Below, one piece after another: positions 26,654 through 35,699 of a stretch of DNA of 64,000 nucleotides (positions are counted from its first letter, which is position 1; the number at the start of each line of letters is the position of its first letter). The notes under the pieces were generated by a model that saw only the letters and a list, made by a program, of their open reading frames with translations, did not search any database and was not told the origin of the DNA. A program made the translations under genes and the position numbers. The stretch comes from Vulcanimicrobiota bacterium (GTDB taxonomy: Bacteria > Vulcanimicrobiota > Vulcanimicrobiia > Vulcanimicrobiales > Vulcanimicrobiaceae): assembly GCA_963778015.1 (NCBI GenBank), contig CAVZST010000001.1:917190-981189 (forward strand), given 5' to 3'.

Positions 26654-27469
26654 TCACCAGCCGCCCGAAGCGCCGCCGCCTCCAAAGCCGCCGCCACCGG
26701 CCGAGAAACCGCCGCCGAAACCCCCGCCGCCGAACGAAGAACCAATGCCCCCGGCGAACCCGCCGCCGCCCCAGAACCACGAGCGCCGCATATCTCGACG
26801 TGCGGCCATCGAGCCTTCACGCATAACGAGATAGCCATAGCGGAGCGTGCCGATGATTTGCATCACGACCAGGACGATGACCAAGAGCACAATGAGGGAA
26901 AGCACGACGATCACAATGCCGCCATTGAGTCCGATCGCCGTTTGCTCGGGCTGGGGCGGCGGCGCGACGCCTTTGTAGGAGGGAGAGATCGTGGTCAGCA
27001 TCGCCGCGACGCCGCTGGAAACCGCGCCGTCGATATCGCCTGCCCGCATGCGCGGAAGGACCTCGTTCTGAATGATTCGATACGAGTCGGCGTCGGTCAG
27101 AGCGCTCTCTAAGCCATAGCCAACTTCAATACGGACTTTGCGATCTTGCATGAACAGAAACAGCACGGCACCGTCGTCATGTCCGCGCCGGCCGATCTTC
27201 CAACGATCGGCCGTCTCGCCGGTCCACGTCTCCAAGGGAACGTCGCCGGTCGTCTGGCCGATCCACACGATAATCTGATGTCCGGTCGACGCTTCGTAGG
27301 CCTGAAGCTCGTTTTCGAGTGAGGCTCGCGTGGCGCTTGAAAGAACGCCGGCATCATCGCTGACTCGATGATCCGGCGTGGGCGGCACCTTGAAATCGGC
27401 CGCCATCGCCGCCATGACCCACGCGCACGCAAGCAGCGCACCGCTGAGAGCAAGAAAACGCGTTCTCAT
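26654..27469 (-). CDS. TPM-domain protein (YgcG-like) with TM helix and Gly-rich tail
   Basis: Signal peptide, DDAGVLSSATRASLENELQAYEASTGHQIIVWI, TM segment, and tail GGGGFGGGFSAGGGGFGGGGASGGW. Confidence 0.85.
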   Translation of the reverse strand: MRTRFLALSGALLACAWVMAAMAADFKVPPTPDHRVSDDAGVLSSATRASLENELQAYEASTGHQIIVWIGQTTGDVPLETWTGETADRWKIGRRGHDDGAVLFLFMQDRKVRIEVGYGLESALTDADSYRIIQNEVLPRMRAGDIDGAVSSGVAAMLTTISPSYKGVAPPPQPEQTAIGLNGGIVIVVLSLIVLLVIVLVVMQIIGTLRYGYLVMREGSMAARRDMRRSWFWGGGGFAGGIGSSFGGGGFGGGFSAGGGGFGGGGASGGW

Positions 27470-27858
27470 GTGGCTCGATCGCTCGACCGCTGAGCAAAGT
27501 ACTCGTGCAGCGCTTCGCCGATCCGTCGGACAGCATCTAGAATCCCTTCCAATATATCGCCGCGAGCGAAGTATGGCCGGCTTTGCTCTACCACCTCATT
27601 CCAAAACGCTTCACCAACGCGCTCGTGTAGCGCTCGATCGCCCAGCACGGCAAACCGCCGTGCTTTCGGGGCGACCAAGATCAACGCAGCGTTGGCGTCC
27701 TCGTGCCGATGCAGGCGCAAACGTTCGAACTCGCGTTTCGCGTGGACTAACGCGTCGACCCTTGCGTCGGGAATAATTCGGACGGCGATGCGCCCGGTCG
27801 TTCCCTCCTCCGCGGCGCCAATCGAGCGCGCGATCGTCGCGCGCTGTTCGCGCGTCAC
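27466..27858 (-). CDS. TPM-domain protein (cytoplasmic type)
   Basis: GTG at 27858 overlaps the LemA stop (GTGA). Its own stop overlaps the next ATG (ATGA). Contains EEGTTGRIAVRIIPD... This is the typical third gene of lemA clusters. Confidence 0.7.
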   Translation of the reverse strand: MTREQRATIARSIGAAEEGTTGRIAVRIIPDARVDALVHAKREFERLRLHRHEDANAALILVAPKARRFAVLGDRALHERVGEAFWNEVVEQSRPYFARGDILEGILDAVRRIGEALHEYFAQRSSDRAT

Positions 27859-28472
27859 GGGCTAAAATTCACGACCGGCGCTTTTTCAGCGCCGGGCTGC
27901 GATTGAAAGTACGGCTTTTCGTTGAAACGGCTGCCGAACATTCCGGCGATCAGGACCGTGGGAATCGTGTCGCGTTTGGTATTGAACGCTCGGGCCGCGT
28001 CGTTGTATTTCCTTCGCTCGAACGCAATCCGGTTTTCCGTGCCCTCGAGCTGTGCCTGGAGCGTTTGAAAGTTTTGCGTTGCTTTGAGCTGCGGGTAGTT
28101 TTCCACGACCGCCAGCAACCGCGAGAGCGCGGCCCCTAATTGGTCCTGCGCGGCGGCATACTTTGCGAAATCTTGAGGATTGCTGACGGCATTTTGCACG
28201 GCTTGGGGCGAAATCTGCCCAACGCTGGCCCTCGCCTTCGCGACCGCCTCGTAGGTCGTCGATTCGAAATTGGCGGCGCCTTTGACGGTGGCGACGAGGT
28301 TCGGGACCAGATCGGCGCGGCGCTGGTACACGTTCTGCACCTGACCCCATTGCCCGTCGACCGCCTGGCCAAGCGTTACGAGCGAATTGTAGGATGCCGC
28401 GACGAACAGCGCGACGACGACCACAATTCCAATGACGACGGCGGGTCCGACGTATGAAGGGCGTTGTTGCAT
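27855..28472 (-). CDS. lemA: LemA-family membrane protein
   Basis: ATG at 28472 gives MQQRPSYVGPAVVIGIVVVVALFVAASYNSLVTLGQAVDGQWGQVQNVYQRRADLVPNLV. Confidence 0.9.
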   Translation of the reverse strand: MQQRPSYVGPAVVIGIVVVVALFVAASYNSLVTLGQAVDGQWGQVQNVYQRRADLVPNLVATVKGAANFESTTYEAVAKARASVGQISPQAVQNAVSNPQDFAKYAAAQDQLGAALSRLLAVVENYPQLKATQNFQTLQAQLEGTENRIAFERRKYNDAARAFNTKRDTIPTVLIAGMFGSRFNEKPYFQSQPGAEKAPVVNFSP

Positions 28473-28493
28473 AGCGTGGCGTAATGCGCCGCC

Positions 28494-28703
28494 ATGCGTC
28501 CCGGCCCTGCCTCGAGCGTCCGAATGCTGCGGGTGGTGCTCGCGGCGATTCCGTTTGCCGCGCTGACCCTCGGGGTGCCGCTCGTCAATCACGTCGAGCC
28601 TCGGATACTCGGCATGCCCTTTCTGTTGTGCTGGATCATCGCTTGGGTTCTCTTGACACCGGCTTTCCTCTGGACCATCGGGCGCTTGGAGCGGCACTGG
28701 TGA
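28494..28703 (+). CDS. DUF3311-like small membrane protein (accessory to the solute:sodium symporter)
   Basis: 69 aa with 2 TM helices (alternative ATG at 28524). Its TGA stop overlaps the GTG of the symporter (GTGA at 28700-28703). Confidence 0.65.
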   Translation: MRPGPASSVRMLRVVLAAIPFAALTLGVPLVNHVEPRILGMPFLLCWIIAWVLLTPAFLWTIGRLERHW

Positions 28704-30187
28704 TTTCACCCGCTACCACGGCGCTTGCAATCGTTGCGATCGTCGTCCTTGGAACGATCATCTTTGCACTGCTCGCCGTGCGGCGCGTCAAAATGGACCC
28801 GGCGCAGTATATCGTCGGTGGCCGCTCCTTCGGAACCATCTTTCTTTGGGTTCTGATGGCGGGCGAAATTTACACGACTTTCACGTTTTTGGGTATCGCG
28901 GGAATGTCGTACTCGCAAGGCGCGCCGGCATACTACATCATGGCCTACGGAACGTGCGCGTACGTCATCGCGTACTTTCTAACGCCTGCCGTCTGGCGAG
29001 TCGGCAAAGAGCATAATCTGCTCACCGGCGCCGATTTCTTCGAGACCCGCTACAATAGTCGCGCGTTGGGCGTCGGCACCGCACTCCTGCAGTTCCTCAT
29101 GATCGTGCCCTACGTTTCCTTGCAGCTCAGCGGCCTGCAGATTCTTCTTCGCGTTGCGGGCTACGGCGCGTACGACGCGAGAGCCGCAGTCTGCATCGGT
29201 TTTATCATCCTTGCGCTTTTCGTCTTCAGCGCCGGGCTACGCGGCACGGCCTGGGCGAGCGTCGTCAAGGACATCTTCGTGCTGGGAGCCGTCGTTTTCG
29301 CGGGGATCGCCATTCCCATACGTTTCTTCGGTTCCCCAAGTGCGATGTTCGATCGGGCGGTGCAGCTCCATCCGCAGATACTCGCCCTCGCTCCCGGGAG
29401 TGCCTTTCATGGAACCACCTGGTACGTTTCGACGGTGTTCTTGTCGGCGATCGGATTCTTCATGGGCCCACAGTCGTTCAATGCAGTTTTCAGCGCGCGA
29501 AGCGGCGACTCGCTGCGCCGCAATGCGATGCTCTTGCCCTTCTATCAATGCTTCTTGAGCTTGATGCTCTTCGCCGGCCTTTCGGCCGCCTTGATCGCTC
29601 CCGGGTTGAAGGGCACGGCCGTCGACCAATCTTTTTTACTGGTCGTCACGCACTATTATCCCTCGTGGCTCCTCGGATTGATCTGCGCGGCCGGGGCGCT
29701 TGCCGCACTCGTTCCCGGCTCGGCGCTCCTTCTTGCCGGCGCCAGCCTCATCACCAAGAACGTCGCCGGCGACGCGTTGGGCATTGCGACGAGTGACAAG
29801 GCGCGGACGATGCTGACGCGCGTGCTCGTGATCGTCGTCGCGCTGATGGCGCTGGGCGTATGGCTCGTCGCGCAACGTACGGTCGTGGAGCTGCTCTTGC
29901 TTTATTACAACGGGATCGCGCAGTTTGCGCCGGGCGTTGTGGCAACGTTCCTCTGGCGCCGCGCGACCGCGTTCGGGGTCGGCGCAGGAATCGCGGCCGG
30001 GTTGGGTGTTGCAGTCCCCCTGGCCGCCCTAAACATTACGCCCTGGGGCATCAACGCCGGCTTTGTCGGGCTTGCGGCCAACGTCGCGGTGCTGGTCATT
30101 ACGTCGGTTATCCCCGCTCACGTTACCAGCGGCGCGCCGTCAATGGGTGATCCGAGTCGGCTCCGCGCGGGACGAGGAAATAGATAA
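28700..30187 (+). CDS. sodium:solute symporter (SSS) family transporter
   Basis: GTG at 28700, 495 aa, about 13 TM helices, contains YIVGGRSFGTIFLWVLMAGEIYTTFTFLG. Confidence 0.9.
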   Translation: MISPATTALAIVAIVVLGTIIFALLAVRRVKMDPAQYIVGGRSFGTIFLWVLMAGEIYTTFTFLGIAGMSYSQGAPAYYIMAYGTCAYVIAYFLTPAVWRVGKEHNLLTGADFFETRYNSRALGVGTALLQFLMIVPYVSLQLSGLQILLRVAGYGAYDARAAVCIGFIILALFVFSAGLRGTAWASVVKDIFVLGAVVFAGIAIPIRFFGSPSAMFDRAVQLHPQILALAPGSAFHGTTWYVSTVFLSAIGFFMGPQSFNAVFSARSGDSLRRNAMLLPFYQCFLSLMLFAGLSAALIAPGLKGTAVDQSFLLVVTHYYPSWLLGLICAAGALAALVPGSALLLAGASLITKNVAGDALGIATSDKARTMLTRVLVIVVALMALGVWLVAQRTVVELLLLYYNGIAQFAPGVVATFLWRRATAFGVGAGIAAGLGVAVPLAALNITPWGINAGFVGLAANVAVLVITSVIPAHVTSGAPSMGDPSRLRAGRGNR

Positions 30188-30749
30188 CGATCGCTAGGTA
30201 TAGGGCGAAGCTCACCACCGGCAACACCAGTGCCACGAGCGTCGCCGCCAGATAGACGCACCAGCCCGTTCGATATCCCCGTACGGTCGCGGCGATCGCA
30301 CCGGGATCCACCTCCCGCTCAAAAGCTTCGGAGCGCACGAGATGCATGAGCATGAGGTTATAAAACGTGGCGCTGCCCGACAGAACGAGGCCGTATAGGA
30401 ACGTTGAGGCCGAGAGCGTGGGATACGAGCCGAGCGTCGTGGTCGCAAACGGAATCAGCACCGTCGCGGCGAGAAGGAACAGGTTCCGGAAGACCGTCTC
30501 ACGGTCGACGCGGTTCACGAGGCGGAAAAGCGCGTGGTGATTTTGCCACATGAGCCCGATGACCGAGAAGCTCAAAACATAGGCTACTAAATTGGGCCAG
30601 AGCCGCAGCAGCGCGTGCGCCACTTCACGATTCGATGGCGAGTGCATGTCGGGAAGGACGAAGCCCAGCGCCAAAAGTGTAATTGCGAACGCAAAGACAC
30701 CGTCGGAAAACGCTTCAAACCGCCCCTTGCTCACCGCTTCCTCATCCAA
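30123..30749 (-). CDS. TMEM175-family (DUF1211) potassium channel
   Basis: RFEAFSDGVFAFAITLL signature, 6 TM helices, TTG start. The 3' end overlaps the symporter 3' end by 65 nt. Confidence 0.88.
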   Translation of the reverse strand: MDEEAVSKGRFEAFSDGVFAFAITLLALGFVLPDMHSPSNREVAHALLRLWPNLVAYVLSFSVIGLMWQNHHALFRLVNRVDRETVFRNLFLLAATVLIPFATTTLGSYPTLSASTFLYGLVLSGSATFYNLMLMHLVRSEAFEREVDPGAIAATVRGYRTGWCVYLAATLVALVLPVVSFALYLAIVIYFLVPRGADSDHPLTARRW

Positions 30750-30840
30750 CGATCATGACGTGATGCCCTGCGGCGCGCGGGATAGAAAAAGGCCCCATCT
30801 ATGATGAGGCCCTTCGTCCTTCGACTTCGGTGCTTCGCAC

Positions 30841-30920
30841 CTTCGCTCAGGATGACACCGTTGCGACTTCGCTCAGGATGACACCGTTTGCGACTTCGCT
30901 CAAGATGGCACCGCAGAAGC
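30841..30920. repeat. three tandem 26-27-nt units with core GCTCAGGATGACACCG, immediately 3' of rpoC
   Basis: Units at 30841-30866, 30867-30893 and 30894-30920 (third diverged: gctcaagatggcaccg). The same core recurs at 60663, 60696 and 60728. Confidence 0.85.
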
Positions 30921-33900
30921 CTATAGGTCTTCGGGATTGATCCCCTTGAGGCGGTCGTACTGCGTTTTCTTCGGGCCTGCGTGCGGGCTTGCATGTTCCT
31001 CATACTCGCCTTCGTACTGCACGGTGAGCGGCTCGCGGTTGCGTTCGTACGCTGTGACCAGCCGGCTCAAGCCGTCGCCGTTTCCGCCCATTACCTCGGC
31101 GAGCGCCGCTTCGTCCGCCGTCATCGCGGCGTAGGGCACGTCGTACTCGTGCCGCGGACGCCCGTCATCGTCGACGTCCTGTCCGTCCGGCACGATGTCG
31201 ACGTTCCGGTAGCGCGACATGCCCGTTCCCGCGGGGATCAGCTTGCCGATGATGACGTTCTCCTTCAGCCCGAGCAGCGGATCGTACTTGCCCTTGATCG
31301 CGGCATCCGTTAGCACGCGCGTCGTTTCTTGGAAGCTTGCCGCAGAGAGGAACGATTCGGTGGCAAGCGACGCCTTCGTCACGCCGAGGAGCACGGGATT
31401 GGCGGTCGCCAACTCCTTTCCGGCGGCCTTCATACGCTCGTTCGCCTCGTGGAACTGGGCCGCTTCGACCAACTGTCCCGGAAGCAAGGGCGTGTCGCCG
31501 CCCTCGACGATTTTCACCTTGCGCAACATCGAGCGCACGATCACTTCGATGTGCTTATCGTTGATGTCGACGCCCTGCGAGCGGTAGACCTTTTGAACCT
31601 CCTGAACGAGATAGTTTTGCAGCGCCGTCTCGCCCTTGACGCGCAGAATGTCGTGCGGGTTGAGCGAGCCCTCGTTGAGCTGATCGCCCGGCTCGACGTG
31701 CTGCCCATCCTGTGCCAACAAGTGCGTGCCCGGCGGGATCTCATACTCGTGCTCGTCGCCGTTAGAGTCAAGCACGTAGACGAGACGCTTATTCTTCTCC
31801 TCGCCCAGCTTGACCGTACCGGCGACCTCGGCAATCGTCGCCTGGCCCTTTGGTTTGCGCGCCTCGAAGATTTCCTCGACGCGCGGCAGACCGGTGATGA
31901 TGTCTTCGGTCGCGACACCGCCCGTGTGAAAGGTCCGCAGCGTCAGCTGCGTGCCGGGCTCGCCGATCGACTGCGCGGCGATGATTCCTACCGCCGTACC
32001 GATGTCCGCGTGGCTTCCCGCGGCCAAATCGCGGCCGTAGCAAAGGGAACAAACGCCATACTTCGATCGGCACGTCAGCACCGAACGGATCTTCACCTGA
32101 TTAATGCCTGCCTCGGTTAGTGCTTTGGCTTTCTCTTCGTCGATCTCTTGATTACGCGTAACGATTGCCGTGGTCGGACGCTTCGGATCGAGCCGGATCT
32201 CTTCGGCCGCACGCCGCCCGATGATGCGATCGATAAGCGGCTCGATGATCTCTTTTCCAACGCGAATATCACTCACGACGATCCCGTTGGTCGTGCCGCA
32301 ATCCTCCTCGCGAATGATGACGTCTTGAGCGACGTCGACGAGTCGCCGCGTGAGGTAGCCCGAATCGGCCGTACGCAGCGCCGTGTCGGCGAGACCCTTG
32401 CGCGCGCCGTGCGTCGAAATAAAATATTCGAGCACGGTCAGCCCCTCTTTGAGCGACGCCTTGACCGGGATCTCGAGAATTCGACCGGATGGATCGGACA
32501 TCAAGCCGCGCATGCCGCCGAGCTGTTTGACCTGCGCGATCGAACCGCGCGCGCCCGAAGTCGCCATCATAAAGACTGGGTTGAGCGGATTCTGCGACGA
32601 TTGCATCGAGGTCGTGACCTCGTCTGACGCCTTCGACCAGATGTCGATCGTCTTGTTATATCGTTCGTCTTCCGAGATGAAGCCCTGCTCGTAGAGCCGG
32701 TGCAGCTCGTCGACTTCGTCCTGTGACTTACCGACGATCTCGTACTTATTCTCGGGAACGATTACGTCGTTGATCGAGACGGTTGTCCCCGAGAGCGTTG
32801 CGTAGTGGAAGCCAAGGTCCTTGATCGCGTCGAGGAAACGCGCCGTCTCGGCGTTGCCGTAGCGGCGATAGCAATCGGTGATCGTCTTTTTGAGGCCGCC
32901 CTTGTCGACGATCGCATTGACGAACTCATGATTCCATCGTTCGGGGAACGCGTAGTTGAAGATCACACGGCCGACCGTGGTCTTGATGAGCGCGCCGTCC
33001 CAGCGCACGTAGATCCACTCTTGAAGCCCGACCTGTTTGTTCTCGTAGGCCATTATCGCTTCTTTGCCGTCAAAGAAGGTCGGAATCGCTCCGGCCGCGT
33101 CGGCGGCAGGCGCGTTCTTCTTCTTCGAGCGCTCGAAGCGTTCGTAATCGTCGGGAATTGCGGCCTTTGCCGGACCGCTGTACTCATCGCGGTGGAACGT
33201 GAGGTAGTAGAGCCCCAGGACCATATCTTGGGTCGGGATCGAAACGGGATTTCCGTAAGCCGGCAACAGGATGTTGTTCGAGGAGAGCATGAGAATGCGG
33301 GCTTCGGCCTGCGCGCCGGCAGAGAGCGGAAGATGGACGGCCATCTGGTCGCCGTCAAAGTCCGCATTGTACGGCGTGCATACGAGCGGATGAAGATGCA
33401 CCGCCTTGCCCTCGACGAGTACCGGTTCGAAGGCTTGAATGCCCAGACGATGCAGCGTCGGCGCGCGGTTCAGCAGGACGGGATGCTCCTTGATCACTTC
33501 TTCGAGAACGTCCCAGACTTCGGGACGCACTCGTTCCACCATCCGCTTCGCGCTCTTGATGTTGTGCGCCAAGCCGCGATCGACGAGTTTTTTCATCACG
33601 AATGGCTTAAAGAGTTCAAGCGCCATTTCTTTTGGCAAGCCGCACTGATGCAGCTTGAGCGTCGGCCCCACGACGATGACCGAACGCCCCGAGTAATCGA
33701 CGCGTTTGCCAAGCAGGTTCTGACGAAAGCGCCCCTGCTTGCCTTTGAGAATGTCGGAGAGCGACTTGAGGGGACGATTATTCGGCCCCGTCACCGGACG
33801 TCCGCGCCGGCCGTTGTCGATCAATGCGTCGACGGCTTCTTGGAGCATCCGTTTTTCGTTCTTGATGATGATTTCGGGCGCGTTGAGCTCGAGCAGACGC

Positions 33901-34712
33901 TTGAGCCGGTTGTTGCGATTGATGACGCGCCGGTAGAGATCGTTCAGGTCGGAGGTCGCGAACCGCCCGCCGTCGAGCTGCACCATGGGTCGCAGCTCCG
34001 GTGCAATGACCGGCACGGCGGCAAGCACCATCCACTCGGGACGGTTGCCGCTGGAAAGGAATGCCTCGACGACCTCGAGCCGTTTGATCGCCTTGAGCCG
34101 CTTTTGACCGCTCGTCTCTTTGAACTCTTTGCGCAGCTCTTCTTGGAGTTTGCGCAGGTTGAGGTCGCGCAGCAGCTCGCGAATTGCTTCCGCGCCCATG
34201 CCCGCCTTGAAGCGGTTACCGAACTTATCGCGCGCTTCGCGGTACTTTTGCTCGGAGAGGACTTCCCGCTTGGCAAGCGTCGTATCTCCCGGATCGATAA
34301 CGACGTAAGCAGCGAAGTAGATCACCTTCTCGAGCTGGCGCGGCGACATATCGAGAAGAATGCCGATGCGGCTTGGCACGCCTTTGAGGTACCAGATGTG
34401 GCTGACCGGTGTCGCGAGCTCGATGTGTCCCATGCGCTCGCGGCGGACCTTTGCGCGCGTAATTTCGACGCCGCAGCGGTCGCAGATCATGCCCTTGAAG
34501 CGAATGCGCTTGTACTTACCGCAGTGGCACTCCCAGTCTTTGGTAGGCCCGAAGATCTTCTCGCAGAAAAGCCCGTCACGCTCGGGCTTGAGCGTGCGGT
34601 AATTGATCGTTTCAGGCTTCTTGACTTCGCCGAACGACCAAGCGCGAATTTGCTCCGGCGACGCGAGGCCGATGCGCATTGCGTCGAAGTTATTGACGTC
34701 GATCAGGTTCAA
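30921..34712 (-). CDS. rpoC: DNA-directed RNA polymerase subunit beta'
   Basis: 1263 aa. [39 protein letters not shown]..., zinc finger [20 protein letters not shown], and [15 protein letters not shown] start with GGAG upstream. Confidence 0.98.
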   Translation of the reverse strand: MNLIDVNNFDAMRIGLASPEQIRAWSFGEVKKPETINYRTLKPERDGLFCEKIFGPTKDWECHCGKYKRIRFKGMICDRCGVEITRAKVRRERMGHIELATPVSHIWYLKGVPSRIGILLDMSPRQLEKVIYFAAYVVIDPGDTTLAKREVLSEQKYREARDKFGNRFKAGMGAEAIRELLRDLNLRKLQEELRKEFKETSGQKRLKAIKRLEVVEAFLSSGNRPEWMVLAAVPVIAPELRPMVQLDGGRFATSDLNDLYRRVINRNNRLKRLLELNAPEIIIKNEKRMLQEAVDALIDNGRRGRPVTGPNNRPLKSLSDILKGKQGRFRQNLLGKRVDYSGRSVIVVGPTLKLHQCGLPKEMALELFKPFVMKKLVDRGLAHNIKSAKRMVERVRPEVWDVLEEVIKEHPVLLNRAPTLHRLGIQAFEPVLVEGKAVHLHPLVCTPYNADFDGDQMAVHLPLSAGAQAEARILMLSSNNILLPAYGNPVSIPTQDMVLGLYYLTFHRDEYSGPAKAAIPDDYERFERSKKKNAPAADAAGAIPTFFDGKEAIMAYENKQVGLQEWIYVRWDGALIKTTVGRVIFNYAFPERWNHEFVNAIVDKGGLKKTITDCYRRYGNAETARFLDAIKDLGFHYATLSGTTVSINDVIVPENKYEIVGKSQDEVDELHRLYEQGFISEDERYNKTIDIWSKASDEVTTSMQSSQNPLNPVFMMATSGARGSIAQVKQLGGMRGLMSDPSGRILEIPVKASLKEGLTVLEYFISTHGARKGLADTALRTADSGYLTRRLVDVAQDVIIREEDCGTTNGIVVSDIRVGKEIIEPLIDRIIGRRAAEEIRLDPKRPTTAIVTRNQEIDEEKAKALTEAGINQVKIRSVLTCRSKYGVCSLCYGRDLAAGSHADIGTAVGIIAAQSIGEPGTQLTLRTFHTGGVATEDIITGLPRVEEIFEARKPKGQATIAEVAGTVKLGEEKNKRLVYVLDSNGDEHEYEIPPGTHLLAQDGQHVEPGDQLNEGSLNPHDILRVKGETALQNYLVQEVQKVYRSQGVDINDKHIEVIVRSMLRKVKIVEGGDTPLLPGQLVEAAQFHEANERMKAAGKELATANPVLLGVTKASLATESFLSAASFQETTRVLTDAAIKGKYDPLLGLKENVIIGKLIPAGTGMSRYRNVDIVPDGQDVDDDGRPRHEYDVPYAAMTADEAALAEVMGGNGDGLSRLVTAYERNREPLTVQYEGEYEEHASPHAGPKKTQYDRLKGINPEDL

Positions 34713-34866
34713 AGGATGGGACTCCGTCCGGCCCGCGCCGCCGCCGCTTACGCAGGGAGATCGCGCTCACGTCGTCACGTAAGGGCTCCCACCGTCGCCG
34801 CTGGCAGAGGGCACAGGCGGCTAGTTTATCACAGCGCCGGCCTAACGTTCAAGCCATAGAAGCGTA

Positions 34867-34894
34867 GGGGCCCAGCCGTCGCCGGCTGGGCCCC
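34867..34894. terminator. perfect 11-bp GC hairpin between the DUF6496-like gene and rpoC (terminator or processing site?)
   Basis: ggggcccagcc(34867-77) gtcgcc ggctgggcccc(34884-94). No U-tract on either strand. Confidence 0.3.
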
Positions 34895-34924
34895 CGTTAC
34901 CGATTCGTTCGTCGGCTTTAGCGC

Positions 34925-35251
34925 CTACTTCTTATGCGAAGATCGCTTTCGCTTCGGCACCTTCCCCCCCGACCGGCGGGCTTCACTCAAGCCGATCGCA
35001 ATTGCTTGCTTGCGGCTCTTAACCTTTTGCCCCGAGCGTCCGGATTTCAGCTCGCCGCGCTTCATCTCGTGCATTGCCCGCCCGACCTTCCTGCCGGCTG
35101 CCGATCCGTACTTCCGGCGCGACTTCTTACGCGAGCTGCTCTTCTTACGCGAGCTGCTCTTCTTACGTGCACGGGAACCGCTCGTATGCGACGTGCTCTT
35201 TTTTCGTGAGGAGCCCTTTTTCCGGGAGCTCGATTTCTTTCGAGGAGCCAT
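34925..35251 (-). CDS. DUF6496-like protein with Lys/Ser/Arg-rich N- and C-terminal tails
   Basis: Core KYGSAAGRKVGRAMHEMKRGELKSGRSGQKVKSRKQAIAIGLSEARRSG. Tails (SSSRKK)n. RBS AAGGAG. Confidence 0.75.
   Translation of the reverse strand: MAPRKKSSSRKKGSSRKKSTSHTSGSRARKKSSSRKKSSSRKKSRRKYGSAAGRKVGRAMHEMKRGELKSGRSGQKVKSRKQAIAIGLSEARRSGGKVPKRKRSSHKK
35123..35170. repeat. 18-bp tandem repeat x ~2.6 inside the DUF6496-like gene (encodes SSSRKK units)
   Basis: cttcttacgcgagctgct occurs at 35123-35140 and 35141-35158, followed by a partial third copy. Confidence 0.75.
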
Positions 35252-35277
35252 GAGGGCGTTCTCCTTTTTGGGTACTG

Positions 35278-35436
35278 CTAGACGCGCAGACCGCGACCCG
35301 TAACCAAGTTAACCACGACGAGGATGAGCACCACGAGCAACACGATGTGGATCAAGCCTCCGCCGAAGTGCAGCAAAAACCCGATCAGCCAAAAGAAGAA
35401 CAGGATCACGATGATCGTCCACAGGATGCCTACCAT
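35278..35436 (-). CDS. lmo0937-family small membrane protein (52 aa)
   Basis: Minus strand reads AGGAGGGGAA-ATG, encoding MVGILWTIIVILFFFWLIGFLLHFGGGLIHIVLLVVLILVVVNLVTGRGLRV*. Below the ORF-track cutoff. Confidence 0.7.
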   Translation of the reverse strand: MVGILWTIIVILFFFWLIGFLLHFGGGLIHIVLLVVLILVVVNLVTGRGLRV

Positions 35437-35699
35437 TTCCCCTCCTACTTGACGTTAAGCGACGGACGGCGCGCGGTCGCGTCGACCGCCCCTCCTTGCG
35501 TTTGCTGCAGGCTCTCTTGCCCAATTTAGGGCTTGCTGAATCAAAAGACAAATGAGCAACGGCAGAGCGATTAGCAACGGATCGAAGCAGCTGGCGCAAA
35601 CCGCGTGCATTCGCAAGCAAAACGTTTCGGGAAAATAGATACGGGCTCGAGGCCTCACGAAAGCCGCTGCCAAACGGGCTTTGGGGAGACGAGAGGCTT

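Noticed and set aside
30841-30920. Possible miniature CRISPR array
   Set aside because: The repeat units are directly adjacent with no unique spacers, there are only three copies, and no cas genes are present. I treated it as a dispersed tandem repeat instead.
32805-34859. 684-aa ORF on the plus strand
   Set aside because: It is entirely antisense to the unambiguous rpoC gene. Its Arg/Ala/Leu-rich, stop-poor translation is typical of shadow ORFs in GC-rich DNA.
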